Assembly: GCA_035221665.1 (NCBI GenBank)
Contig: CM069164.1
Location: forward strand, 26,412,001-26,476,000
Length of the DNA stretch: 64,000 nucleotides
DNA from: Okamejei kenojei
Taxonomy: Eukaryota
Direction: 5' to 3'
Position 1 is the first letter of the stretch; each line of letters begins with the position of its first letter. A program made the translations under genes and the position numbers. Shown piece by piece: positions 25,681 to 38,497 of the stretch. The notes under the pieces are model-generated. The model had not been told where the DNA came from and searched no databases. It saw nothing but the letters and a program-made list of their open reading frames with translations.

Positions 25681-26573
25681 CAACAAGGAAATATCGATGG
25701 CATGTTTAAAAGATACTTGTAAAATCATCCATAAATTTAATTTGCATTCTTGCGAACATGAATTACATTATGAATGATAATTGAAGACACACGCTCCCTA
25801 ACTTTTAATCAGAAATGTTACATGATCTAACATTTCAGTCAGCGATTTGTGTTCAAAGCTCATCAAGGTGCGTCTACCTTGAAGAAGTTCTACACTTTTC
25901 TCCGATGGGAGAATACTTTATTCTCTGCAACACCCTCTCTCACTGCTCCCCTCTGTGATTCCTTCAGCTCCCTGACTCTGGAGTCTGTAGAAGGGATCCG
26001 TCACCAATTCCTTTTCTCCAGAGATGCCGCCTGCCCCGCTGACTTACTCCAGCATTTTGCGTCTATCTTCAATATGAACCAGGATCTGCAGTTCCTTCCT
26101 GCACATAAGCAATTCCAGTGTCTGCAATTTACAAATATTATTCTTCACTGATGCAAAAGGGGTGCAGATTTAGGTTTAGATTAGTTTGGAGATACAGCAT
26201 GGAAGCAGGCCCTTCAGCCCACTGAGCCCATGCTGACCAGCGATCACCCGTTCACACTAGTTCCATGTTATCCCACTCTCTCACCCACTCCCTCAGCAAC
26301 TGGGCCGTTAATGACAGTAGGTTTCCACTGTGGACCTGTGAGTTGCTGCATTTGCTTGTTTAGTTTTGTGTTAACAATATATCATAAAGGCTGTGATTCT
26401 GAAAATAAGAAACCATAACATAAAAAGGCAGCTTTAAAGAAGTACAACATCTGCAGGAGGAAGTCAGCAACTCTGGAGAACTTTGATAGAACGTTTCGGG
26501 TCAGGAGCCTTCTTCACATCTGAAACATCACTTATCCATGTCTTCCAGAGATGTTACCTGATCAGTTGAGCAA

Positions 26574-26991
26574 CGGGCTTGTCCCACTTAGGCTATTTTG
26601 AGACGACTGCCGGCGACTGTCATATTCGTAGCAGGTCGCCGAAAAACCGGCGACTGGACCCCCCCTACGACATAAAATTTTAAATAGAATCATTACTTTT
26701 AACAACAACAAAAAAATGAAGTCAGCACCGGCGGCAACCTACGTCATCCTGGCTACAACTACGACAGCGCCTACGTCAGGAGTGGTCAAGCTGCGCTCAT
26801 TGGAGTCAAGCCAACTTTCGCCCAAAGGTTTTGAACATTTCAAAATCCAGCGGCGACCAGAAATACACTTCGACTCTTTGGACGACTGAGGAGACGACTC
26901 ACGACCATACAGGCGACACCCCGGCAACCATGTGGCGCCAGCCTAGTCGCCTGCAGTCGCCTAAAAAAATCACCTAAGTGGGACAGGGGCA
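26574..26991. mobile_element. PIF/Harbinger-type MITE inserted in a PLE fragment
   Basis: TIRs GGGCTTGTCCCACTTAGG/CCTAAGTGGGACAGGGGC; the host sequence GAG-TTA-CTCCAGCAT resumes after it. Confidence 0.8.
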
Positions 26992-28625
26992 TTACTCCAG
27001 CATCTCCAGCGGATTCCACAGACAGCTCGGTCAGTAACCAAAGGCTATTTAAAGTAATTGGCAAAAATTATCCGGAGAGGAGATGGGAAATTATGTTTAA
27101 TGCATTGAGTTGTTAGGATTGAGGAATGTAATTCTAAAAGGATGGTAGAAGTGGCAGAAGAATGGAAAAGGGAATTGGAGATATAATTGAAAAGGAAATA
27201 TTTGAAATGCTGCAGGGATTGTGCATGAGAGTGGAACAGATTGGATATCTCTGTTATAGAGTAGCCTTTTATATTATGCTATGATAATTGCAGGATTAAA
27301 AAAATATATAAAATGCTTCAGTCATTTCTGCTCAACAAACTATAGTTTAGTTTAGTTTAGTTTAGAGACACAGCGTGGAAACAGGCATTTCAGGCCCACC
27401 GTGTCCACACCAACCAGCGATCCGCGCACGTTAACATTATCCTACTCACGCCAGGGACAATTTTACATTTAGACCAAGCCGATTAACCTACAAACCTGTA
27501 CGTCTATGGATTGTGGGAGGAAAATGTGGGAGATCTCGGAGGACACGGGAGAGAATGGGGAGAACGAACAAACTCCGTACAGACAGCGCCCCTAGTCAGG
27601 ATAGAACCCGGGTCTCTGGCGCTGTAAGGCAGCAACTCCAACGCTGCGCCGATGTGATGATACACTTCCTGAGTGCATCTGCACAGACCAAAAACTATTG
27701 CTAGTATTTGTTTGGGGGGAAGAAAATACTTGTAAATTGGCCAGATAACAGGCCATGCTGAGAAAAAAGGATATGGTGTTGTTTGATTATAGTTCTTAAA
27801 TCCATGTGGAAATAACCATACTTCCAATAATGTCAAAAATAAATGAACATCTATTGCGCAAGGCAATATTAGATGTTGAAGTTAATCTGACATTCGTCTA
27901 GTACTTGGTTGATGTTTTGCAGTTTTAGCGATTTATACGTCTTCTCAGTGCCCAAGATATGTTTAGGCTTCAAATTGCGCTGACATTTGGTTTTGCTAAT
28001 TTGAACGTAATGGTGACAAAGACACAAAACTGTGGGAAGAGGGTGTAGAAAGCACAATTGGGCAAACACTCAGATGTGTCACACATTCCAAGTGCGGGGT
28101 TTGCTTTGACAAATCCTGCACTTCCAGGAAAGAAAAACAGTAATCTGCCCGTTAACTGAATGTGCAATTTGTATGTATCAAGTTTAAGAGAACCTCCGTC
28201 TTCAATAAATTAACAGTGGTCATTAAGAGAAACAAAGTAAAGATTTTTGGTGGGTCTAGTGAAGAAAGCAAATCAATGCACTTTGTTAGTACAAGAATTA
28301 AGTGAATAAAAACATATAAGATATCTTATTTAACAATTTATCTAAAAGTTGCATTTATATGGCAGTTTTAACATAGAATATACCCAAATTACCACCAAGG
28401 CTGTTACAAACTAAATTTGACATTGTGACAAATGATCAGATAAATGCAATAGCTACGTTTTTCTTATAGAATGAGAGAGGAGGGAACGTTTAAGGGGAGA
28501 ATTAAGTTTAAGGATTAGGTGGCTTCAAGTTTAAGAGCATTAAAGTCTTCAATTAAGCACAGTGGTTATTAGTGTCAAACTAAATAAGGAATTTTGGTGG
28601 AGTGTTTTCGAGTGGAGAGTGTGTT

Positions 28626-28932
28626 TGGCACGGTGGTGTAGCGGTAGAGTTGCTGCCTTACTGCGCCAGAGGCCCGGGTTCGATCCTGACCACTCGTGCT
28701 GTCTGTATGGAGTTTGTATGTTCTCCCCGTGACCACGTGGATTTCCTCCAGAATCTCCGGTTTCCTCCCACACTCCAAAGACCTGCAGGTTTGTAGGTTG
28801 ATTGGCTTGGTGTAATTGTAAAATTGTCCCCGATGTATGTAGGGTAGTGTTAACGTGCGGGGATCGATGGTCAGCGCGGACTCAGTGGGCCTGTTTCCGC
28901 GCTGTATCTCTAAACAAAATTAAACTAAAACT
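28626..28932 (+). mobile_element. V-SINE (HE1-like)
   Basis: Full-length copy. Confidence 0.85.
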
Positions 28933-29394
28933 AATCAATCCACTTTGTTAGTACAAGAATTAAGTGAATTAAAAAAAAACCCAAATAAGATATCTTAGTT
29001 AACACATTATCCATAAGTTGCTTTAATATACCAGTTTTAACATGGAAAGCACCCATGTTGCAATCAGGGTAGCTACAAACTAAATTTGACTGCGCCAAAA
29101 GATCAGATAAAAGCAATAGCTAACTTTGTCTTATAGAAGGAGAGAGGAGGGAAGATTTCAGGGAGAGTTAGATACTCTTAGAGCTAATGGAATCAAGGGA
29201 TATGGGGGGACAGCAGGAACGGGGTACTGATTTTGGATGATCAGCCGTGATCATATTGAATGGTGATGCTGGCTCGAAGGGCCGAATGGCCTACTTCTGC
29301 ACCTATTTTCTATGTTTCTATGTTTCTAATTTAGAGTTTTAGGTCGCTTCAATATGAGTGTTGAGGTTACGTAGATACATAGATGCATAGACAC

Positions 29395-30175
29395 CCAGCT
29401 TTATGTCATCTGCAAATTTGCTAAAATTACTTTTTAATTCCTTCATCTAAATCATTAATGTATATTGTAAATAGCTGTGGTCCCAGCACCGAGCCTTGCG
29501 GCACCCCACTAGTCACTGCCTGCCATTCTGAAAGGGACCTGTGAATCCCTACTCTTTGTTTCCTGACTGCCAACCAGTTTTCTATCCATGTATGATACCC
29601 TACTCCCCATGTGCTCTAATGTTGCCCACTAATCTCCTGTGTGGGACCTTATCAAGGGCTTTCTGAAAGTCCAGGCACACTGCTCTCCCTTGTCCATTTT
29701 ACTTGTTACATCCTCAAAAAATTCCAGAAGATTAGTCAAGCATGATTTCCCCTTCATAAATCCACGCTGACTTGGACTAATCCTGTTACTGCTATCCAAA
29801 TGTGCCGCTATTACATCTTTAATAATGGACTCCAGCATCTATCCACCACCGATGTCAGGCCAACTGGTCTATAATTCCATTCTTTATCTCTCCCTCCTTT
29901 CTTGAAAAGTGGAAAAGTGAACTATAACAGCCTATTGCACTATATCTGTATATATATGTGTATATATATATATTCTATGGTATATGGTCACACTGATCTG
30001 ATCTGATCTGTATTTATGCCTAAAATATTCTGTTGTGCTGCAGCAAGCAAGAATGTCATTGTTCTATCTGCGACACATGACAATAAACTCTCTTGACTTG
30101 ACTTGACTTGGATAACATTAGCTACCCTCCAATCCACGGGAAGTGATCCAGAATCTATAGAACATTGGGAAATGA
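29395..30175 (-). mobile_element. CR1 reverse-transcriptase domain fragment (interrupted ~29915-30108 by another LINE tail)
   Basis: LESIIKDVIAAHL..SQRGFMKGKSCLTNLLEFFEDVTSKMDKG; further on [21 protein letters not shown] and KFADD (RT motifs). Confidence 0.92.
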
Positions 30176-31737
30176 TGTTGGTGGCTCAGTGCCTCTCCTT
30201 GGGATCTGTACGCCAAGAGATTCCAGAGTCCTGGCTCATAAATTCCTTTCGATTAGGTCCAAAGGATGGGAACCAAAAGGTTGGGATGCTACGTTCAAAT
30301 TAACGCGCATTCCTGGCACGGCCCAAGAGAGGGCGTAGTGGGACTTCTACTGTCCAATGACCCGGGTCATCTTCCCTCTTGTAAATAAATGTCCAGTTCA
30401 GTTTATAACGTGGGATTTTGAGGCAGAGTTTTAGCAATTCCATTTACTTTTACAATGTAAACTGCAAATCAAAGCAGCACTCCTCACTGAAGAGTTAAAG
30501 CTGTTCAGAAATTGGCAACATCAGTGAATCCTTCCCAGCTGCCCAAGATATCCGGACAGCATGCCAGCGTAGCCTGTTTTTTTTTAATTGTCCTTGGATG
30601 CTTGTGTTCTCTGTCTTGCTTAAACTGCGTAGTGGATTCCACAGTTAAAAGCATTCGATTGTTTTGACTTCTCACCAAATGAGATTGAACTCACCTGGTG
30701 GTCAGCACTCTGTGTTGTGCGTACGTTTAGATTTTAGTTTAGTTTAGTTTAGAGATACAGCACTGAAGCAGGCCCATCGGCCCACCGAGTGCGATAGGAC
30801 ACTAGCACTATCCTACACACACTAGGGACAATTCACTGTCTTGTTTTACCAAAGCCAATTAACCTACAAACCTGCACGTCTTTGGAGTGTGGGAGGAAAC
30901 CGGAGCACCCGGTGAAAACCCACGCAGTTCACGGGGAGAACGTACAAACTCTGTACAGACAGTACCCTTGGTCAGGATTGAACCCCAGTCTCTGGCACTG
31001 AATGGCAACTCTACCACTGCGCCACCACTAGTTTAGTTTAGTTTAGTTGTGTTGAATTAGTTAATTGTAGGCTAATTGTCTTCTGTAAATTGTCCCTAGT
31101 GTGTAGGATAGAACTAGTGTACAGATGTCCTTTGAACAGTGTGGACTCAGTGTGCCAAAGTGTCAACTTCCACGCTGTATCTCTAAACTAAACTAAACTA
31201 AAAAACACAAATATCTCAGCAGGACAGGCAGCATCTCTGGAGGAAATGGATAGGTGACGTTTGGGGTCGGGACCCTTCATCAGATCCGAAAAGATACCTA
31301 CCCATGTTCCCCAGCGATGCTGTCTGACCTGCAGAACATTGTGCTTTTTTTTAAAAGTAAAGCAGTATCTGCAGTTCCTGGTGCCTCTAACAAATGGTGC
31401 AATTATTGGAAAGCAACTGGGGAATGGAGGAGATCTCCAACGCCAGCAGCTCTAGACATTGCAGCTCCACCTTGCTATTATATCACTTGGTCACTGGCTT
31501 GATATGACATGATTTGCCTCTAGTAAGGATTCTCTGAAACCAGGAGGCTCCCTTCCTCCTCCAAGCTGCCTTGCCTATCAAATGTACAAAAGCATCAAGC
31601 ATACCATTGTAACAGTCAAGAGTCAAGAGTGTTTTATTGTCGCTTGTCCCAGATAGAACAATGATGTTCTTACTTGCAGCAGCACAACACAAATATGTAA
31701 ACATGGTAGACTTCAAACAATATAATATTTAAGAGAG

Positions 31738-31899
31738 NNNNNNNNNNNNNNNNNNNNNNNNNNNNNNNNNNNNNNNNNNNNNNNNNNNNNNNNNNNNNNN
31801 NNNNNNNNNNNNNNNNNNNNNNNNNNNNNNNNNNNNNNNNNNNNNNNNNNNNNNNNNNNNNNNNNNNNNNNNNNNNNNNNNNNNNNNNNNNNNNNNNNN
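31738..31899. other. Assembly gap (162 N)
   Basis: Run of N. Confidence 1.
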
Positions 31900-32089
31900 A
31901 CGTGCACACAAAAACCCCCCAATATTAACAATAATAACAATAATAGTCAACGTATTTCAGAAAGTCTGGATTCCATGTTCATCTTATGAATCCTCACCAG
32001 CGATGCACTCTCAAGAAATTACCTCTCAGAATATTTGCTTTGCAGGTATTGATTACTCATGCAAATAATTTTTGTCACTTAACGCTCCT

Positions 32090-32404
32090 TTTAGTTTAGT
32101 TTAGTTTAGAGATACAGCATTGAAACAGGCCCTTCGGCCCACCGAATCCGGACCGACCGGCAATCCCCGCGCGTTAACACTGTGCTACACACACTAGGGA
32201 CAGTTTACATTTATACCAAGGCAATTAACCCACAAACCTGTACGTCTTTGAAGTGTGGGATGAAACCGGAGCACCCGGAGAAAACCCACGCTGGTCACGG
32301 GGAGAATGTACAAATTCCGTGCAGACAGCACCCGTAGTCGGGATCGAACCCGGGTCTCTGCGGCTGTGAGGCAGCAACTCTACCGCTGCGCCACCGTGCC
32401 GCCC
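32090..32404 (-). mobile_element. V-SINE (HE1-like)
   Basis: Full-length copy. Confidence 0.88.
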
Positions 32405-32811
32405 ACCATGATCCTTCCTGATACTTTTGAAGCAGGATTAGATTGAAACATGTGTTCATTTTAAGAGCGGTATTTTGGGTCATTTCAAGGTCAAATGATT
32501 TTAATAATTATTATGCAGTTGGCCTCTTGCACTGCTAGACTATTGAAGGGATAGGATTGCAGTCGTAACGACATGAACACAAGTCACTGATAGTTTGACA
32601 CAATACAAAGAGACTTTATGGACCTTTTTAGTTTAGTTGAGAGATACAGCGTTAAAAATGGCTGATAACATAAAGCCAGTGTGAACGGGTGATCGATGGT
32701 CAGCGGGCCTAAAGGCGTGTTTCAACGTTGAGTCTTCGCACTAAAACTTCTCTCCCTTCCTGCTAGCCCATCCTGCAAGCACTATTCATCTTTCAGGCAC
32801 TTGCATCTTCA

Positions 32812-33670
32812 CATTTGATTTGATTTGATTTGATTTAATTTGTTGTCATTGTCTTCAATTAAGAGACAACAAAATTCTCTTTCCCTTACAGTCATACACA
32901 AAAATAAAATTAAAAAACGCAAAAGCACAGAACACAGTCGTCCACAACACAAACAAAGTTCCCCACTGTGAGGGAAGGAACCAAAGGCCAGTCAACCTCC
33001 TCGCTGATGTTCCCCAATGTTCACCCATGATCGGGGCCTCCCGTGCACCCCGTAGTGGCAGCCACGGGCGGCCCGATGTTCCGGCCCTCTCGCCGGGAAC
33101 GATGGAACCCCGACGTCGAACGGGAGAACATCCTCAGCGGTCTGGACCTCTGAATCGGCCACCTTCCACCTTCCACCGGAGTCCTCGGCTCCCGATGTCC
33201 ACAGGCCTCGCTGGGCGGAGATTTGCGCTGCTGACCCCCGGCAAAGGGTCCCGGGACCCCGCGATGTTAACCTCAGCGCCGCCCGCGTTGGGAGTTCTGC
33301 ACCCACAGCTCCGCGATGTTGGAGCAGCGGCCCAACACTCCGGAGCTCCAAGCGGCGATCCCAGGTAAGGCCTCGCCCGCTCCGCGATGTATCGAGCGCG
33401 GCTGCTGAAGCTCTGGTCCGGTCCGGCAGGAAAGGCCGCGCCTATCCAATTGGTAGGCCGCGAGGGGGGGGGGGGGGCGAGGGCGCTACTCGGATAATAG
33501 CCGCATCCTCACCAGGAAGCGACTGAAGGACGGTTCCCCCCTTACCCTACCCGCTTCCCCCCACATAAAATACTGAAAAAAACTTTTAAAAAACACTCTA
33601 AACATAACAAAATTAAAAAAGACAACTAGACCGTGGTCGGAGGCAGCTGGCAACAGCGCCACCGGATGTC
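32812..33670 (-). mobile_element. GC/CpG-rich non-coding retroposon, probably an internally deleted LINE derivative
   Basis: Minus strand starts GACATCCGGTGGCGCTG, has a CpG-rich body, and ends in a LINE-type tail ..ATGACAACAAATT(AAATC)n; no recognisable protein. Confidence 0.5.
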
Positions 33671-34309
33671 CATTCTTCCAAATAAGCATCTTTTCATAAC
33701 TCAAAGAGTATCGAACCTTATGAAGCAATTCTACTTTAAAGGGTCTACTTAATATGGTGCGGTTATATTGATGGATCCGAATATAAGGCATGCTTCAAGG
33801 TTCAATTAGAATGTTATTGTTACTTTAAAATGACTCCTTTGTATTAGTTAACAGCTGCAGAGTAGAATTGGGAAAGGTTTCCTAGTATAAGGATTTGAGT
33901 CATCGCAACCAGTAATTGACGATTTTGTCTCTTAATAAATATCTTCTTGCGTTTCCTTTTCTTGTTGTAATTCGATTTGCCAGTGTCTGATATTTTTGCA
34001 TTTTTCCGTTTTTTATCGACAGGCTGGTTTAATTAGGTTATTGTACAGAGCTGAAAAACATAGGTAGTACAAGCTAGGGATATAATAACGAAGATTTAAA
34101 AATAGCACCCACGAGTTAATCAGCTACTAATTGATACATGTTTGTAATTAAGAGGGATTGGGAAAATTTAGTTAAATTGGTATAAATAAGGCTGGAAGCT
34201 GAACGGTGACTTGGCATATTGTTAATTCCCACAATCTGTGCTCTCGGATGCTAAATCATGGGTTAAAAATATGAGCAAAATGGGCAAAATAGTGATTGAA
34301 AACCTTAAA

Positions 34310-34407
34310 GGGTGAGGCAGCATCTATGGAGCGAAGGAATAGGTGACGTTTCGGGTCGAGACCCGAAACGTCACCTATTCCTTCGCTCCATAGATGCTGC
34401 CTCACCC
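34310..34407. repeat. Perfect 48-bp inverted repeat (PLE fold-back)
   Basis: 34310-34357 is the exact reverse complement of 34360-34407, with a 2-nt spacer. Confidence 0.95.
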
Positions 34408-35303
34408 GCTGACTTTCTTCAGCATTTTTGTCGACCTTCGATTTCTCCAGCATCCGAAGTTCTTTCTTAAACAAAATCCTCTAAGGATTTGTTTACCCCC
34501 CATTAACTTTCCTGTATACTTTGCCGTTTTAAGAGGAAATCGCAAACTTTTAAGTCACTGAGTAAGCAGCCTTCATTATTCCGAGCCAAATGACTTGCGA
34601 GAGAACCTTTAAACGTGTGGGGGGGGGGGGAATAAATCCAGGAATATCGGGTTACAGGAAACGGCCGCCTGCGTTTGCACCACCGAGATCTTAAAAGCAA
34701 CCGTGACAGGGAGTTTAGACTTGGTACAAGATGAATTCCTCTCGTTTCTATTAGGACTGTTGAGTTGATTCATACCTGGTTGACCCACAAAGACAGGCTA
34801 AGCAGTGGTCAGCGATGATGGGTCCCAGGAGAGGTATAACCTTACAGCAGTCTGGGCTCCTGGTGCTGGGTCTTTCACAAGAGGAATCTGGGGACAAACG
34901 GAGAGGAATGGTTTTCACACTTGTCGCAGCTGCGTGCAGCCATAACAACGACCAGTACAGGGGGCTGGGTAGGCCATGTTCTCCCTCTTTAGTTACGATA
35001 CCTCGTAGGTTAATGCGATAGGAGCTGAAGTAGGCCATTCGGCCCCATCAAGTCTACTCCGCCATTCAATCATGGCTGATCTATCTCTCCCTCCTCACCC
35101 TATGCTCCTGCCCTCTTCCCATAACCCCTGACACCCGTACTAATCATCAATCTATCTACTTCGGCCTTAAACATATCCATTAAAGGCCTCCACAGCCTTG
35201 TGTGGCAAAGAATTCCACAGACTGACCACCCTCTGACCCTCTGACCCTTTGACCTTACCTGCCATGACTCCACTACCGCACCTGATGCTTGTTTGTTCTT
35301 ATT

Positions 35304-35342
35304 GATGATGATGATGATGAAGATGATGATGATGATGATGAT
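35304..35342 (+). repeat. (GAT)n microsatellite
   Basis: Direct reading. Confidence 0.95.
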
Positions 35343-36039
35343 ACTTTATTTTCACTTCTAGAGTCACAGAGTCTCTCAGTTTCGAAACAGGCCCATCGGC
35401 CCAATGTGCCCACACCGGCCAACAATGTCCCATCTATACCAGTCCCACCTGCCTGAATTTGGCCCATATTCCTCCAAACCTGTCCTATCCATGTACCTGT
35501 CTAAATGTTTCTTAAACGTTGCAATAGTCCCAGCCTCAACTACCTCTTCTGGACTAAACACTGCTTTATGGATATCGCAGTTTACATGCAGCTTAGTTTA
35601 GTATAGTTTAGTTTAGTTTGGAGATACAGTGCGGAAACAGGCCCTTCGGCCCATCGAGTCCACACCAACCAGAGATTCCTGCACATTAACACGAGCCTAC
35701 ACACACTAGGGACAATTTACAATATTACCAAGTCAAACAGCATACAAACCTTTACATCTTTGGAGTATGGGAGGAAACCGGAGCACCTGGAGAAAACCCA
35801 CACAGGTCATGGGGTGAACGTACAAACTCCGTACAGACAGCACCCGGGCCTCTGGCGCTGTAAGGCAGCAACTCTACCACCGCATCACTGTGTTGCCTAG
35901 TTCTCCTTGCCTTTTCAAGGAGAGTGCTGATCAGGAATTAGCTGTGATAATAATTTACAACCAGTTCCATCTGTATCTATAGGCCCACTAAAGCTTGTAG
36001 TCTGGTGTCTTGTAGCAAGGCATCTGTGGAGAGTGTGGA

Positions 36040-36235
36040 AGCACAATGTTTATGCAATTAGACTACTAATCCAGAGGCCTACACTAATGAGGCAGAGACA
36101 TACACTGGAATCCCAACCACAGCAGCTGGGGAATTTTAAGTTCCACTAATTAAATAAATGTGGAAGAAGATAATGGTATCAAGAATGTGGACCATGAAAC
36201 CACTGACTTTTCATAAATACACAACTGATTTATTA
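36040..36235 (+). mobile_element. Old, degenerate second SINE family (5' part)
   Basis: GACTACTAATCCAGAGGCC..AATCCCAACCACAGCAGCTGGGGAATTT..GACCATGAAAC resembles, from memory, an older elasmobranch tRNA-SINE; 17250-17335 may be its 3' half. Confidence 0.4.
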
Positions 36236-36237
36236 AA

Positions 36238-36511
36238 GGTTGACAAAAATGCTGGAGAAACTCAGCGGGTGAGGCAGCATCTATGGAGCGAAGGAATAGG
36301 TGACGTTTCGGGTTGAGACCCTTCTTCAGACTGATGTTGGGAGGTGGGGGGGCGGGAAGAAGAAAGGAAGAGGCGGAGACAGTAGGCTGTGGGAGAGCTG
36401 GGAAGGGGAGGAGAAAGAGGAAGAAAGCAAGGGCTACCTGAAATTGGAGAAGTCAATGTTCATACCGCTGGGGTGTAAACTACCCAAGCAAAATATGAGA
36501 TGCTGCTCCTC
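36238..36511 (-). mobile_element. Penelope-like element 3' end
   Basis: Minus strand encodes EEQHLIFCLGSLHPSGMNIDFSNFR* (GIY-YIG C-terminal E..L.L.P.G.N motif); hammerhead-like core at 36302-36329. Confidence 0.8.
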
Positions 36512-37496
36512 ATGAAACCAATAGATTTTGGTTTGGAAGCAGGACTTTTCAGACAGAGGCAGAGTTGATAACAGAAGCTTTTATAATAAGCAGGATACAT
36601 GTTCCTAAGGTCATGACCTAAAATGGCATTTTAATTTTTTTGTCAGACCACAAGGCATGATTAGTATGAGTCTCAGGATTTACGGGGAAAAGGAAGGAGA
36701 ATGAGGATGAGTGGAAAAGATAGATCAGCCATGATTGAATGGTGGAGTAGACTTATCATCATAGAGCCATACAGCTTGGAAACAGGCCCTTCAGCCCAAC
36801 TTGGCCACACCGACCAACATGTCCCATCTATATTAGTCCCACGTGCCTGCATTTGGCCCATATCTCTCTAAACCTGTCCTATCCACGTACCTGTCTAATT
36901 CTTTCCGAAATGTTGCAATAGTCCCTGCCTCAATTACCTCCCCCGGCAGCTCGTTCCATACACCCACTACCCTTTGTATGAAATAGTTAACCCTCAGATT
37001 CCTATAAAATGTTTCCCCATTCACCTTAAACCTATGCTCATTGACTCTAGATTCCCCGTACTTGATAAGCCGAATGGCCTAATTCTGCTCCTACTCTACA
37101 GGAGCTGATGGCAGCAGAGAGATTAGGGTTTGGTAAATACATGGTTAAGCAGTTTGCAATGTTAGTGAATCTCAAAGAACCAAGACCAGCCTTTTTTTAG
37201 TTGCAGCTCACAACATTTTAACTTTTCCGTGTGATTCAGTGGAGTGACTTTGGGCTGAACGATTTACAACAGAAGTGTTGCTCCCATGCAACGGAAATGA
37301 AACTAAGCCATTATTCTTAAAAGGATTTGAAGCATGGAATAGTTTGCCCTGGAAAACAGCCCCGTGCCAGGTTACCTGCAAGTAACAATGAGTAAAGAAA
37401 TAGTGTTTTGTTTTGTTTGAGGGATATTGTCAGTGAAACATGCTGACTTCAGCTGGTATATTACATCACATACACAAGAGTAATTTAGCAGCCTAA

Positions 37497-37816
37497 AAGC
37501 CCTGTCCCACGGTACGAGTTCATTCCAAGAGCTCTCCCGAGTTTGCCCTGATTCGAACTCAGAGATTTACAGTAATTGCCACTCATCGGTACTCGGGGCT
37601 CTCGTGGACATTTTTCATCATGTTGAAAAATCTTCACGAGTCTTCCCGTGCTTACCTACCATTAGCGAGTCTTCCCGAGTACCTGCCGCTAGCGTTAGGA
37701 GACGTCCCCGAGCTCCGATATACCCACTACGTTCATTCTCCGTGCTTACCACGAGTTTGATTTTTTTTAAACTCGGGAGAGCTCTTGGAATGAACTCGTA
37801 CCGTGGGACAGGGCTT
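37497..37816. mobile_element. PIF/Harbinger-type MITE with ~45-bp TIRs
   Basis: AAGCCCTGTCCCACGGTACGAGTTCATTCCAAGAGCTCTCCCGAGTTT and its exact reverse complement at the right end; TAA/TTA flanks. Confidence 0.88.
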
Positions 37817-38386
37817 TTACTTTGCTGCTGAGTTTAGTTTAGAGATACAGCAAGAGCAGGGCCTTTGGCCCACCGAATCCGTGCCGACCAGCGATCCCCA
37901 CACGGATTAACTCTACCCCACACACACACTAGGGACAATTTACACATGCACCAAGCAAAATAACCTACAACCCTGTACGTCTTTGGAGTGTGGGAGGAAA
38001 CCGAAGGTACAAACTCAAGGCATACAGCACCCTTGGTCGGAATCGAACCCGGGTCTCCAACGCTGCAAGCGCTGTAAGGCAGCAACTCTACCGCTGAGCC
38101 ACCATGTTGCCCCAAGGGTATTGGAGTTGTGCCGTATACCACATGGTTGACTGGACTATTTGTTCAGGCTAATCCACTCAGAACACAGGGGTGGTACAAT
38201 GGCCCAGTGGTAAAGTTGCTGCCTTACAGAGTCAGCAACCCAGGTTCTATCCTGACTACGGGTGCTCTTTATACGGAGTTAGTACTTTCTTTCTGTGACC
38301 GCATGGGTTTTCCCCAGGTGCTTCAGTTTCCTCCCACATGCCAAAGACACACAGGTTTGTAGGTAAATTGGTTTCTGTAAATTGTC

Positions 38387-38497
38387 CCTAAAGTTGTAGG
38401 AAACTTGTTCTATTTGATCTTATTTGATTGCGCACACCAGGTTGATTGCATTCATTGAAACAGGGCGGACCACGTGAAGGTTGCGATCTCCCACCCC
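38387..38497 (-). mobile_element. Family-A short retroposon, 3'-truncated, with a degenerate HDV-like ribozyme head (38444-38497)
   Basis: Reverse complement aligns with 59459-59568 and starts at the same GGGGTG. Confidence 0.8.
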
